A program made the position numbers and the translations under genes. From contig NC_068981.1 in the NCBI RefSeq assembly GCF_001194135.2, forward strand, positions 161,476,407-161,540,406: DNA of 64,000 nt, written 5' to 3'. Below the pieces are notes generated by a model, which had not been told where the DNA came from, did no database searches, and saw only the letters and a program-made list of their open reading frames with translations. The DNA comes from Octopus bimaculoides. Its lineage: Eukaryota. Shown here piece by piece: positions 11,853 through 25,720 of this stretch; the first letter of the stretch is position 1; each line of letters starts with the position of its first letter.

Positions 11853-13084
11853 GAGAGGGAGAAACTCAATAAAAATAGTTAAGAGAACAAAATTGTTAGC
11901 CAAAAGGAAGTGACCATATTTCTTCGTAAAAGCTCTTGTTATTGTTTAGCTCCGGATTAACGCTGACTAAACAGACCTATGATCGAAAGCATTCCAATCG
12001 TGACCAATCCGTCTTTGTTATATATCTAGAATGACCTTTTTTAGTGTGCCCTTTCATTTCTTCCAAAGGGACTTTGGCTGCTGTTTCTAGTGTTTCGACT
12101 ACATACTGAAAGTCCTTCGCTGGCGTGTTTGGTAATAGGTAATATTGTTTTCGTTAAATAAATCGACTTCAGTTATATATTATTTAAAACCAAGTAAACA
12201 CCAGTTACCAAGTGAAGTGAGATGGGGGATATAGTTACAAAAACATGCACTACACTACACACACACGTATTAATGACTTAAGTGTGTGTATGTCATTGTT
12301 CAGCTTTATTTCAAGATTTATTGCCAATAGAGAAAGAGCCGGTTTCTAACCTAGATCCAATGCTCCTTCATTGGAATTTCAACATCAACAGGGTGGGTGA
12401 GTATGTATGTATGTATGTATGTATGTCTTCTCATGCATATACTTGCATTGCTCATATACACTTAAATGATAAACTTTTGAAAAGTTTTACAGATTTTAAC
12501 ACTTCTAGTGATGGCTTAGATCTGTAGTCTTCGAATCAGCATGCATGTATGTATGTGTGTATGTATGTATGTAGTGCACTCACACGGTTACGAAGCTACG
12601 AGAGAAAGACAATTGCTCACGGTGCCACGCAGTGAGACTGAACCCAAAACCATGGGGTTGAGAAGGAAACTTCTTACCATGAAGCCATGCATGCGCCTTA
12701 TAGTGAGTGATATTTTATGACAAAAAAAAAAAAAGAGCTAATGTAAATTAAGATTTAAAAAATTGTAAAATATCAAAGAAAAAGATAAAGATTTTGAAAT
12801 ATTAAATGTTATAAACAGAAACTTATGATTGTTGTTTATAAATTTCGTATTTTATATTTTGCAGTTATAAAACCCATTAACCAATAGAGACAGAGAAATT
12901 TAAAAAAATATATTTTTAAATGAAACCAAATAAGAAAAACGATTTAAACAGTGAAGTGTTGTCGATGTAGCATATGTTAATTTATTATCACATGTGAACA
13001 GCTAAGAAAGAATGGAAAGGCTACTTAAATTAAAAATGAATGTCTGTAGTATATAGATTATATAGATAATATATGTTGTATGTG

Positions 13085-13117
<33 letters not shown>

Positions 13118-13136
13118 TAACATATATAAACATGTG

Positions 13137-13177
<41 letters not shown>

Positions 13178-13322
13178 ATGTATATACACATACACACACA
13201 TATAATTGTTGCAAATTTTATTGATAACAAACTAATAAGCTGGATGTTGATGTTAGGAGGATAGAAATATTTTAGTTGGAGATAAGAGCTATGTGGAGCC
13301 GGCGAAAGGAAAAACTCAACAT

Positions 13323-13450
13323 CAGTCATGGGAAAACTGCAACCCGCAGGATTTTCTGAATAGCATGCCTAATGAAAAATGACCTAGAATATTCTTTTAG
13401 AAGTGCGGCCCGCCTCATGACGGACCATGTCTCATGCGGCCCGCTTTTCG
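13323..13450. mobile_element. hAT/Charlie-like miniature element
   Basis: Ends cagtcatgggaaaactgcaacccgcagg and tgcggcccgcttttcgaaaaaggttg resemble hAT non-autonomous termini with gcggcccgc subterminal motifs. Confidence 0.5.
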
Positions 13451-14944
13451 AAAAAGGTTGCTATTAGCTGTTCTACAGATTTACACGGACGTGTGTAACA
13501 AATAACAGGATGATACCTACAAAGTATAAATAACCCAGCCGTCAAAAAAAAAAAATAAACGAAAAGAAACACATTGGGAAATGTAGTCTTAGATACACAA
13601 GACGATGATTTATTTTCAACCTTGGCTTAAACAACTTCGATATACGTCTCTACACAGACAAAATATCTATGCCATCATACCAAGTTAATAAACATATTTA
13701 AGGCATGCATCCCCTCTTCTAATTTCGCGCTACGTTCAGCTGTTGTCTTTCATACCATACATTGCCAATTTATTCCAAACCTCTCTAGAATGCTAACGAT
13801 TCAATTCTCCAGACTGTTAACTCTATCTTTTGTGTTTTACAACTATATTTGATAAGTTAAATCTTCAGTATACACACAAGCAAGATGCACACGCAATCGT
13901 CATCGTTTAAACATCTATTTTCCCATGCTTGCATCGGACAGACAAAAATATGCTGGGACAAAGTTTTCTCGCCAACTCCACTTGTTTCTGGGTGAAGAAA
14001 TAATCTCCCAGCCTATTGAACAACAAACGGTCTAGATTTGTTTATAAGGAGAAAATGACAATGTATTTCTTTACAAAATCGTGCAACATTTGATGAAAAA
14101 AAGTCTGGACATGCTTTTGAGGTGAACTGCAAGCAAACGACAACGTCAACACGTCATTCTTTACAACCAGTGCATACACGCGAAGATGAGGGAATTACTC
14201 CCACATACATATATTCATATATGGTGGGCCTCTTTCAATTTCGCTTACCGAATTCACTCACAAAGATCTGGTCGGCCCAGGAGTACAACAGAAGGACTTT
14301 GCACATGGTGCCATAAAGTGGGACTAAATCCAAAACCAAAGTTGTAAAGCTAATTCTTCACCAAATAGCCATACCTGCGTCCATTCTGAGTTTAAATCTT
14401 ACCATAGTCAACATACACACACACACACAAAATAGGAATGAAGGTAACACAAAAGACACTAAATTGTGGAGTATAAAATTTTAATGAATTGTGTATTCCT
14501 TCAATTGACACTACTACTGATAATTTTGCCCTTCTATTTGTATAATGCCCTTTAATTCACCTTCACTTGACGATTGAGTGAAGAATGGCCATTAGCTGTC
14601 AAATTTGTGTTATAACTCTGCCTGTATACTTGCTTCAGCACATGCATTGAAAAGTCTATGCGTATACATCTTTGTCTTCATCTGAACTGTATGATATATG
14701 TGCATGTATCTGTCTTATTACTTTAAATAATTAATGTGTGTGTGTGTGTGTCTGTCTGTGGGCCCAACTCCATGCCAGCTTGAAAAGTGGACATAAAACA
14801 ATGATGATAAAGGTGTGTCAACTGTAGCCTATGAACTTTAAATTGTTGAACATTTATAAATGAAGGAAGGTCACAGTAAGTTAATTACCCATTTTTCTGA
14901 AGTGCTCAATGAGTAGTGGACAGAATAGAAAAATATAAACTAAA

Positions 14945-14984
<40 letters not shown>

Positions 14985-15279
14985 AGCAAAAAATTAATAC
15001 AAAAAGCAATATAAAAAGAAATGTATATATCCATAGGAAATTTTCTGCTTCCGCCACTATGCTTTATACATTGTTTCCTTCTACTTACATATTGATTTAT
15101 TAATGGAATGTTATTGAATTAATTATATGTTGAATACTATTTAAGAGAAAATATATGATGGTGAATGAGGTTGAAATTAGATTAAATAAATATGAAAATA
15201 AAAGTGAGTATATTTATATACTTATGTTACTGCTGTTTGCATATTCCAAGGGTTTTCTTTTTTTTTTTTTTTTCAATAG

Positions 15280-15415
15280 ATAACCCTTGCTTGTGAGAAC
15301 ATGACGAAATTGTGTTGCAGTTCCATAATAGGATGTGATTTTGCGAAGGAACAAAGATGACAAGATACATTTGGTTACATGTACATAGGTACTTTATCCA
15401 AGTGTCCACTCAATG
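15280..15415 (+). other. Candidate exon (strong splice signals), stops in all frames from the acceptor; UTR or lncRNA exon, or start exon MTRYIWLHVHRYFIQVSTQ
   Basis: Acceptor after a long T tract (tttcaatag|) and donor ATG|gtaagt. Confidence 0.3.
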
Positions 15416-17134
15416 GTAAGTAGTATGTTATTTTTTAAGGCCCATATATTTACTGCAGGTTTCAAATCTATTCTTCTTTGGAATGTTCTTAATATATAGT
15501 TGTTATGTTGACGAAACCAATCCTTAAATTTCTTTGCAGTCATACCTATATAAACAATGCTATTTTGGTTAATATTTGGTGTGACAGAGGCTGCATATAT
15601 AACTATTTCATAGTTATATATATAGTTATATAACTATTTCATAGTTATATAATTATATTATATAGTTATAAACTACACAGGTAGTTTACATTGACAGAGT
15701 GCATTTCTGTGTTCAAGTGATTAGATGTTTTAATATCTTCCTTTCTTAGCCGACAAGCTTCTATAATCTATCATCCACTATTACCACCACCACCACCACC
15801 ATGCAAGAGTTAAAGGATTTTGGCACTAAAAACAGCACTGTAACATGGACACAAGTTCAAAATGTTTATGAAAATTAAGAGAGAAAAATAGAAAACAGTT
15901 ATTTAGGATGATGAGATGGAGAAGAAACAAATAATGACCAATGATAACTGTATAATGCAAAATCCTTAAGAGTTTGTGCTTATTTTTAGTTTTCTGAAGC
16001 TGTTGTGGGCTCCCAGCTGTTAAAAAGATGAGAGCTTGGTGATCTGCTAAATAATCAAATAAAATCAAAACAAATTGATTTGTCTTTCACTCCTTCTACT
16101 GTTAACAGCATAACTATCAGTGTACAAGTCCTGGGTTCAATTTACTCCCAAGCTTTTGGATGTGGGACTCCAGCATCAACAAAATCCAATGACTGAAAGC
16201 AGTCCCCACTTCTAAAGATAACAACTAAATCTTCTTCAAACCACACCCTCCCATCTAAAACAAAGACACATTGAATAATGCAGTCCTAGATGCACTATAT
16301 ATAACCAAAATAAAATAAAAAAATACAGAATGGTCAAGAGATCTATATGATTCGGTCATGTAGATCCCTTGGAGCAGGGCTTACTTGGTGTTAAACTGCA
16401 GCAACCAGTAAAAGAATTCTAAAAGATTAACTAAATAAGCTGCAACTAATGAACGAGGTTGCTTTTGTTTAATTTCTTATGGTTTAGTTGGAAGGCAGTA
16501 CCCATTACCTTTTTCAGAAGCTCCGAGAGAGAGAGAGAGAGAGACTGACAGACTGAAACAAGGAGAGGTGAAGGAGAGAAACAAAAGACCATTCCAAATA
16601 TTTGTAACAAAATGGACTCTGTAAAAGACACCCTTGAGCCTGGTGGTGGTACTAAATCAGGTGAAAGATCAAGTCAAAACATGATAACAAATAATGAGAG
16701 AATTTCACTTCAAAATGTCTAATTATGTAATCATTGATAGCAATTTCAAAATACAAAAGACATAATTATTGCAAAACAAAACAAAAAAAGATAAACTGAA
16801 CAAATATTAAATGTAAAAATACAAGAAAAAGAACCCCCCATTAAATTGTGTATAAAATAATAATCATTTATTTAAAATGTCCTATTTTACTACATCAAAG
16901 CAGTAAATCAATAGAAATTAGGACATAAATGAAACCTAATTTGTACTACGACGAGAATATGAAAAATATTTTTGCATTAAAAAGGAAATCAACTCTGGAA
17001 TGCAAAAGCCAGTGTTAGAGGAAAGGGGGGGGGTGTTTTTAGCATCAGATCTTTACATTTGATACATAAATTTTATCCTTAACAAGTTAAATTTTTCTAT
17101 TTTTTATTTTAATTTTTTTTTATTATTGATGAGC

Positions 17135-17400
17135 TCACTTCAAAGATACAAGGGTCAACTCAAAGCAACACTGAAATTGAGTCTAAATTGTTTGAAACAC
17201 AAGCCTGAGACCGTACCAAGTGGAAGTGTTCCATCACCATCAGAACCAAAAACTTTGAAGCCATCAGAAGAGAAATGGAAGAAATCAAATGACAGGAGAG
17301 AAAGGTTTGACACAAATCATCCTCATCCTTCGCCAACATTACCATGCAGTCAATGCCATTGACCCTTCAATGCAAGAACTGGTCTACAGAGTCAATAACG
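17135..17400 (+). mobile_element. RTE-clade LINE, 3' ORF fragment
   Basis: QRYKGQLKATLK, DRTKWK...NFEAIRREMEEIK and terminal PCSQCH-PFNARTGL resemble the RTE C-terminal region and zinc knuckle. Confidence 0.7.
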
Positions 17401-18759
17401 ACGTCACCATAAAGGAAGCATTCAGCAAAGAAGAAACTAAATTCTTGGATTCAAGATAAAGCCAACGACAACATTGTGCAATTTAGCTGCTGCCAAAAAT
17501 TCATAGACCTTTAAGTTTCATCACACACTTCATGAGAATGTTCTAGTGTCAAGTTTCTTTTCTTTTTTTTATTCAATTTCAAAGGACACGTCTAAAGGTA
17601 ATCAAATTTATTTCCAATTTAATAAAATTATTATTATTTTTTTTTTTGTAGTATAAAATATTGAGTTAATCCATTACAGAGTTTATAAGGTAGGAGCTTA
17701 ACCCCACTTTCCAAGAGTTAAGTTGATAAACGATCTCCTCCCCCTTGCTAAGGACTACAGTCAATCACTAGGTGCTTATTTTCCCCAGACAGGTGAACTG
17801 AGACAATCAATGCAGAATTAAATATCTGCTAGAAACACTTTTTAAGTCAGCAATCTAATATCTTATTGTTCCACCCTTGTTCCACCCCACTAAGTAGTTT
17901 TTAAAGAATAATACTTTGAGAGATAAAATCAATGTCCAGGATAAGAGGATATTAATACAAATGAAATATTAGATACTGATACAACCGATAGCTAGTCGTG
18001 TAGCCCCAAATGTAATAGGTCTATGATCAGCAGGCATGAACAAACAGCCTGTTATATTAGGGATATTATTAAATTACACTATTTAATGTCTTTCTATTTT
18101 AAGACATTGGAGTGTACTTTGAGAGACATTTGGTTGCTGGAGACACACCTATAGAGGCTAATTGAAATGAAGTATGCTTGAATTGAAGTATATGCTGCTC
18201 ACACAGAAACCACAAAACAACGCCTGTAGCAGCTTTGAACTCAAGATCTATAAAAGCTGTACTAACTATAACCCACTAATCTATATGCATGAATATGTAT
18301 ATTTGTAGATGCTTCTTTCAAATCCTGATTAAAAAAATAAAAAAGAAATTACAATTCTCGGAGACTGAGCACTGAAGAAAGGATAAACCCATGATTTAAT
18401 ACAGCTTTCAATTCTGCTTCAGTGTATGAAAATTGAACTGCTTATATGAAGAGAAATTGAGTATGTTAGATATTCAATGAGATATATCTAGCAGATAATA
18501 TTACTATAACTCAGTTAAGTCAGCTTACATATGTATAAAACACTTATTCAATTCAATTCAGAACATTTTCAGAGAAAGTAATGTTTTAAATGTGTGTGTG
18601 TGCATGCATGCGTGCTTTCTTGCTTGCTTTTGTACATATGCATCAGAGCACGTGATTGTAGCGTTTGTGTATATACATACCTGTGTTACCCACTCAAATC
18701 TGTGAATCCTATCAGACAATTCCACACATGAACAATGGCCCATGTTATTATGGAGTCAA

Positions 18760-19420
18760 AAGATCTACAGTGTGAAAATAGGAGTCAAGCATGGCTGGAT
18801 GCTTGTTGGCTTCTGTAACTCTTTCATATGTTTCTTATCCCTGAGACTCCAGGAAGATAGAAAGTGGGGTGAAAAGTTGTTGGAAACTCCTTCAACACCA
18901 GAAGACTGCAGCTATCAAAAGTAAGCTCAAACCTAGGCAAACCAAGAAGTTACAACAATGTAGTCTGATGGGGGAGTGCTCTGGTAGCTCACACTTCAGA
19001 CACCCTATAAGCCATCATCTGAGCTACTGTTGCAACTTATAAAAGAATAAACCTGACAGTTAACATGCAGAAGAATGAATTTAGAAGCTAATGATACACA
19101 GCATCCTCCCCATTCTCAGTGTAATTACAACAACTATTTACAGGCAGTCACTCATCTTAAAATACTGCACTCACACAGGACAAAGACATTGAAAACTACC
19201 TAGACAAAACTCTAAATCTAATGCATAGTTCAAAAAAGTGATTAATTCTCAGTAACCATCTCCACCTTAGTACCAAGGTTGATGTTTACAAATACCAGTC
19301 TGTTTCCACTGCATTGTATGGGTGCAAAGCACTGACCACAGTCATCACATTGTGGTATCACAAAAAAGTCACATTACCAAGGACCTTCTATAGCAAGCAA
19401 TACTATGGTCAAACACAGGT
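18760..19420 (+). mobile_element. RTE-clade LINE reverse-transcriptase fragment, heavily decayed
   Basis: GVKHGWML (GVKQGCVL-like), FNTRRLQ, SALVAHTS, STKVDVYK...ALYGCK motifs in broken frames. Confidence 0.65.
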
Positions 19421-19764
19421 ATAGCTAGCCTTAGAAAGGGTTCAAATACCAACTTAGTAACACATTGAAGAGGAACAACAACAATCCTTCAAAAAATGTA
19501 AGAAATCATTTGCAATATGCATTAGCAATCTCACAGCACGGAAGGAAAATGTATTCAATACTATCAGAGAATGAGTGAAAAAAAAAAAAACAGGTATATA
19601 CACAAAACTATACTTTCCTATTTCCAGTCAAAGATTAACATACTTTGAATGTAGGTGGAACTTCTCGGTTCAATCAATGGTTAGAAGGTGTAGACTCACA
19701 AGTATCTGGTGTTCATCAGATATTATTTTCTAGAACTAAAATATTTTATGTTTTTTAATAAGGC

Positions 19765-19965
19765 CTTGACCATTTTGCATTCAGACTGGTCATATCCAGC
19801 CCAAATATTCTACTTGTTTTATGTTGAAACTGGCCAGATCCAGCCTCTCACACTTACCAATGTCATTCTAAAAATAAACAATCATGTCATTGAAATTTCA
19901 AAGCTGTGAGATAATGCAGGATTAATTCAAAACAATGTGAATAAATAAGCAATGCATTTGAAAAA
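19765..19965 (+). mobile_element. piggyBac-like MITE family copy interrupted by a SINE
   Basis: Same family as 40131-40359; the remaining end (gctaaaag) resumes after the SINE at about 20319. Confidence 0.55.
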
Positions 19966-19969
19966 GAAA

Positions 19970-20318
19970 TGTCGGGTTCAGTCCCACTGCATGGCACCTT
20001 GGGCAAGTGTCTTCTACTATAGCCTCGGGCCGACCAAAGCCTTGTGAGTCGATTTGGTAGACGGAAACTGAAAGAAGCCCGTCGTATATATGTATATATA
20101 TATGTATATGTGTGTGTGTTTGTGTTTGTCCCCCTAGCATTGCTTGACAACCGATGCTGGTGTGTTTACATCCCCGTCACTTAGCGGTTCGGCAAAAGAG
20201 ACCGATAGAATAAGTACTAGGCTTACAAAGAATAAGTACCGGGGTCGATTTGCTCGACTAAAGGTGGTGCTCCAGCATGGCCGCAGTCAAATGACTGAAA
20301 CAAGTAAAAGAGTAAAGA
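19970..20318 (+). mobile_element. tRNA-derived SINE family B, young CpG-intact copy (5' clipped)
   Basis: gggttcagtcccactgc..ggcaccttgggcaagtgtctt (CORE-like box)...central (TA/TG)n...ccgcagtcaaatgactgaaacaagtaaaagag. Confidence 0.9.
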
Positions 20319-21319
20319 GCTAAAAGTGGTCTCTACAAATATAAGCAACATACCTGTTTTTGTATATATGTACACGAGTATATGTTGTGTGTCTACGTGA
20401 TTTTGTAAATGTGTGTTCCAATTTGAGTAATTAAATTATGTAAGTATCTGCACACGTGCATCTGAGCAAGTGATGTAATGTATATGCATGCCTATGTGCC
20501 TGTCTCTACAGTTTTTGTGTTTTGAGTGCATGTACATGCCTCTGCACACATGCACATGTTTGTGTGTGTGTGTGCATGCATTTGTGTATGCATGTGTGTA
20601 TGCGTGTGTACATTGCATACATTCACCCACTTCTAACATTCCACCACAGTGAGAGGTGCTGGTATGTTATGCGAAAGAGCAATTAAACAAAAGAAACAAA
20701 AAAGAAAAACGAAAACCAAAAAAAAAAAAATACCCAGGGGTGGTGGTGGGGAAAACATTTGAATCTATTATCACTTCTAGAGGGAAACATTAACTGGTGG
20801 ATCTTTTTAATGTCAGCAAGATGTCACATGTCTAAAATGTGAATAGGTGGGAGAGGGAGACAGTGTGTATATGCTTGTCTGTAGCTGTGCGCATGTGCAT
20901 GCACCACACACACACACACACACATTTGTATGCATTTGTAAAGAAGCAAATTCAAAAGGAAAATCGTGATGTCGCCGTCTTCTACATATTACTTGTTTAC
21001 ACATCTATGTCAATTAATATTGTTTACATCTAAAACAAACATAAATTTTTTTTTTTAGATGTTATCTATCACATTGTGTGTGTGTGTGTATGTATGATTA
21101 GTTGTATATATTTCTCTCTAGGGCCAAGAAGCTTTGATTTGTATTGTATTTCAACTGAAATATTAAAAAAAAAAAAAATCAATAAATTGTAGGAATGCCA
21201 TTAAAAGGAGAAAAAAAGTATTTTTGTTAGTATAAATAGACTGAATGTATTAAATGTTAAAAACACATTAAAGCTGGAAGGGTTGAGAAGATTATTATTA
21301 TTATCATTATTGATATCAT

Positions 21320-22075
21320 TTAGGCGATGAACAAGCAGATTTGTTAGCACATTGGACAAAATGCTTAGTAGCATTTCTTCTGACTCTCTAAGTTCTGGGT
21401 TCAAATGCTGCTGAGGTTGACTTTGCCTTTCATCCTTTCGGGGGTTGATTAAATGAATACCAGTTGAACATTGGGGATGATGTAATTGACAAATCCGTCC
21501 CCACAAAATTTTAAGCCTTGTGCCTCTAGAAGAATTATCATTATCATTAGTAGGCAATGAGCTGGCAGAATCATTAGCATGCCAGGCAAAATGCTTAGCG
21601 ACATTTCGTCTGTCCTTACATTCTGAGTTCAAATTCCACTAAGGTGACTTTGCCTTTCATCCTTTTGGGGTCGATGAAATAAGTACCAGTGGTTTGATGT
21701 AATTGACTTATCCCCTCACCCAAATGGCTGCCCTTGTTGCAAAATTTGAAGCCATTATTGTTATTATTATTATTAGGTGGCAAAGTGGCAAAATGCTTAG
21801 CAGCATTTCGTCCATCCTTATACTCTGAGTTCAAATTCTGTCGAGGTCAACTTTGCCTTTCATCCTTTCAAGGTCAGTGAAATAAGTACCAGTTATGCAC
21901 TGCAGTCGATCATCATCATCATCATTATCATGGTGGTAAGCTGGCAGAATCACACTGGGCAAAATGTGTAGCAGATTTTTTCTGTCTTTACATTCTGAGT
22001 TCAAATTCTGACAAGGTTGACTTTGCTTTTCATCCTTTCGAGGTTAATAAGACAAGTACCACTTGAACACTGGAA
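21320..22075 (+). mobile_element. Head-to-tail chain of four family A SINEs
   Basis: Copies at about 21320-21530, 21552-21770, 21776-21910 and 21931-22075, separated by (ATT)n/(ATC)n tails. Confidence 0.85.
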
Positions 22076-23965
22076 TACAACATCATAACAGATGGAGTTA
22101 CCCAACCAGAATAAGATAATGTGTCTTGCATGTTTCTCAGATAGTAGGATGTGATTTGTGGGTATTTTGGATGCTATTTGTAGGATAGTGAGGGACTGTG
22201 GAAATATTCCTGCACTGTCTGGTTTAGGTTCTTATTTTTCTGAAAGTAAGTTCTGGTTTAATATACTTATATAACCAAAGGCATTCCAGCCATGACTATC
22301 TTGTCTTTTCAGACACTGAACTACATTATCTGGTGCCCATTCTCTTTTTCTGAGGGAAATTTTGCTCCAGTATTGCATTTAAAAATACCCTTGATGTGTG
22401 GGGCGACATGATATGCTTGAAAAGACTTGTTGAATCAAGTAAAACCAAAATCGTAGCTGTGGCCAGTTCTCCCCTGAACTAGTTGGCCTTGTGCCAAAAT
22501 TTGAAACCAATAATAACACATGCCTGTAAGGTGACTGGCTTTTCAGGATTGTTAGTAAACTGGACAAAATACTTAGCAGCATTTCGTTTGGCTTTATATT
22601 TTGAGTTCAAATTCCACTGAGATTAACTTTGCCTTTCAAACACTAGTGTTGATTAAAAAGATACCAGTTGTCACTGGGGTTGATTTAATCAACTCCTCCG
22701 CCCCCCCACCCCCNNNNNNNNNNGCGTGTGTGAGTGTACATGAGATAAGACAAATTCAAGTTGGCTTATTTTCTCACCCCACCATTTTCCCATATCTTAT
22801 GACAAGAAAAACTAACAAATAGTCTCATTTTCATAAGTGTTATTATTATATTCAGGAGAAGAAGCAAGGGAAAAGGAAAATAATTTTTTTCAAAAGTCAA
22901 CAATTAAAACAGAAAATACATTCATACATAAATAAATACAGTTAAAATACCTATCATAGTTTTGGTCTAAGTTTTAGTGGTTATAAAAAAACCTACTGAA
23001 CTCTAACTAAGCTGGTCAGCTTAAATTTCATTTGGAAGTATAACAGTGGTAGTGAAAGTTTCTAAAATCATGTATGTATATCATCATCATCATTTAACAT
23101 CAGCCTTCCCATGCTGGCATATATACATACACACACACACAGATACAATGATGCGCACACATGTATTATGTAATACACACACACATAAATTTGTATCATA
23201 CATATTTACAATACACATATATATATATGCACACACACACACATACAAACGATATAATACACATATACACGTACACACCATATGTATAAATAAACACACA
23301 CACACACACATATATATACGCACAACACAAAGTACATCAGCACTAAAATAAATTGTTAATTCTATAAAGCCTCACAACAAGTTAAATAAATAGAATAACA
23401 ATATAAACACATTCTTTCACTGCTTATGGATGTGTAGGGAAAATCTATTAAGTAGGATGGAAAACTGTTGCAGAAATTTGAATACTAAACCAGGCATCAA
23501 CACCTACCCTTCTTTTAAGGTGGATAAAGAGAATGCAGTGTGACCTTTTATTTTGGGCCTCTTGAGATGATTGATATAACTGAAAGAGGTTGTGTGTGGT
23601 TTCAGTGATAAGCATGAATAATACTATTTTACAGAGAATAAAAAAAAAAAAGCTATGTAAAGCTGAATATCCAGGGGGACAGAGTAATCTGAAGGACCAT
23701 ACATGCATGAGTGAATATGTTTGTTTGCTTGTGTGTGTGTGTGTATGGTAGTGTATATTGTGTAAATATTTGATAGAAGCCGAGACTTTAAACTTCCTTC
23801 ACTACCGAAAGTGCCAATACTTCTGCTAACTCTGTTGTTAAACAGAAACATGAAACTCTTGAATAGTGGACATAAAGGAGCTTTAACTTCAAATAAATAA
23901 ACACTATTTTATATATTGAATGGTTTCTTCCTCTCATTTGTAAATTATATATATATGTATATATA

Positions 23966-24420
23966 TATCATCATCATCATTTAATGTCTGTTGTCCAAGC
24001 TAACGTGAGTTGAACAGTTTGACCAGAACTGGTAAGTTGGGGGGGGGGCTGCATCAGACTCCAGTCTGATTTGGCATGGTTTCTACAGCTGGATGCCCTT
24101 CCTAATGCCAAACACTCAGAGTGTAATGGGTGCTTTTACATGCTACCAGCACAGGTGCCAAATGCATGACCCAAATATCTGCTACAACTACAATTTCGCT
24201 TGATGGGTCTTCTACTCAAGCACAGCATATTGCCAAAGGTCTCGGTCATTTGTCATTACCTTTGTGAGGCCCAACGCTCGAAAGGTGCGTTTTACATGCT
24301 GCCACCAGCACAGGTGCTAGTTATGCGACACCGGCATCAGCTACATTGTTTCCATGAGGCCCAACGCTTGAAAAGTACTTTTTACATGTCACCGGCACTG
24401 GTGCCAGTTATGTGACTCCA
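23966..24420 (-). mobile_element. Interspersed repeat with RTE-like 3' tail and (ATG)n end
   Basis: catcatcatcatttaatg...ggatgcccttcctaatgcc; the same tail occurs at 26795-26990. Confidence 0.55.
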
Positions 24421-24506
24421 GCATTGGTCACAACTATATATATCAATGGATATCCATAAGTGAGTAAAATGAAAAATTAAACAGTTATATTTTTATATCA
24501 TCGAGC

Positions 24507-24646
24507 AGTATATTATTGGTTTTGCCATATAACTGGTTTGGATACTACCATCAATTTCATGCACTAGAATATTGCCAAGGGCAACAGTTGGCTTGAGACC
24601 ACCGGTCACATTCTGACCAATTTTCAGCCAAAACCAATAATATACT
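24507..24646. repeat. 18-bp perfect inverted repeat enclosing about 105 bp (MITE-like)
   Basis: agtatattattggttttg (24507-24524) and caaaaccaataatatact (24629-24646). Confidence 0.75.
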
Positions 24647-25369
24647 ATTTGATGATATTTACATAAGACACTACACAGCATTTGGGGTTTATTATTTTCA
24701 TAATAAACATACAAACATGATTACACCACATGAAAAATATAGTTTAAGCCTTAATACCAAAGAATTAATTTAATCGACAATGTGTACCTATGACTTTGTA
24801 AAGATCCATTGTTTTCTCAGCAAAGATACACATTTCACACTTTATCAACGTACAATTCTCTACCTGGTGCTAAAAAAAGGTTTCCCATTTGTGCAGTAGA
24901 AAGTAATTTGAAGGAAATTTGGTTGCTATTTCCAGCAGATCAAGCAACTGTATAGTGACTACCCCATTGGAGTGTTGTGAGTTTGAACTGACATACTGCT
25001 GAGTATGCAGGCCTCAAAGAGTAGAGGCCATTATAATTGCTGCAGATGTCTAAGACAGTGGAATGAGCCCAGGTTGATGATTGTAAAGTGTATGTGATTG
25101 CTATCAATGAAACTGTAGACCATTTGTCCAAAACAAGACAAGCAGCTTAAATCCTTGGACAGAAATGATTTTACTTGCATAAAGATATTTTCAGAAATAT
25201 ATAGGTGTGAATATGGAATCTGAATTTAATAAAAAGTAAAATAACACAAAAGATAATTATAAAATAGTGAACCATGGTAAATACCACAAAGTGCTTTTAA
25301 ATATCAAGTATCTGACACTATTTTTCATTTCCCAATAACAAAAATCCCAGCCTATCCAAACTCCTCTAT

Positions 25370-25720
25370 TGTGGTTCATTGTTCTTCCAAGCTATAAACT
25401 GAGGAGTTTAAGATCGGTTGCCCATGAAAACTCCTATGCAAATGACCTACTTCTTACTGCTGAATCATCAAGTAGGATTATAAGAATTAAAAAGGAAACT
25501 CCTAGCATGAAAACAAAACCTAGAATTGAGAGGCCTCAAAGTAAATATTGCAAAGACTGCAATATTAGTTAGCAAGTAAGAAAGAAGACAGGATCCTGAT
25601 ACCATCAGGGAAATAGCCATTTGGTGCGTAGAAAAGGAGTAAATAGGAATTCCATATGGTACAGCCAGTGTAAACAATATTGGATTTAAGATTCTGTAGC
25701 TGAGAAGCAAATTTCCTTCC
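25370..25720 (+). mobile_element. RTE-like LINE reverse-transcriptase fragment
   Basis: YANDLLLTAES (decayed YADD box), GLKVNIAKTAILVSK, RKGVNRNSI in broken frames. Confidence 0.75.

Noticed and set aside
14890-14982. A35 tract as a minus-strand acceptor with a 51-nt exon to a gtaatt donor
   Set aside because: The peptide is unremarkable and has no partner exon; the tract may be a retroposon tail or simple repeat.
21320-22075. Regularly spaced repeats as a CRISPR-like array
   Set aside because: Units are about 200-bp diverged SINEs with tRNA heads in a eukaryotic context; no cas genes or short identical repeats.
23770-23851. VSRSIG resembling the PP2C motif
   Set aside because: The critical following Asp is absent and the frame runs into microsatellite.
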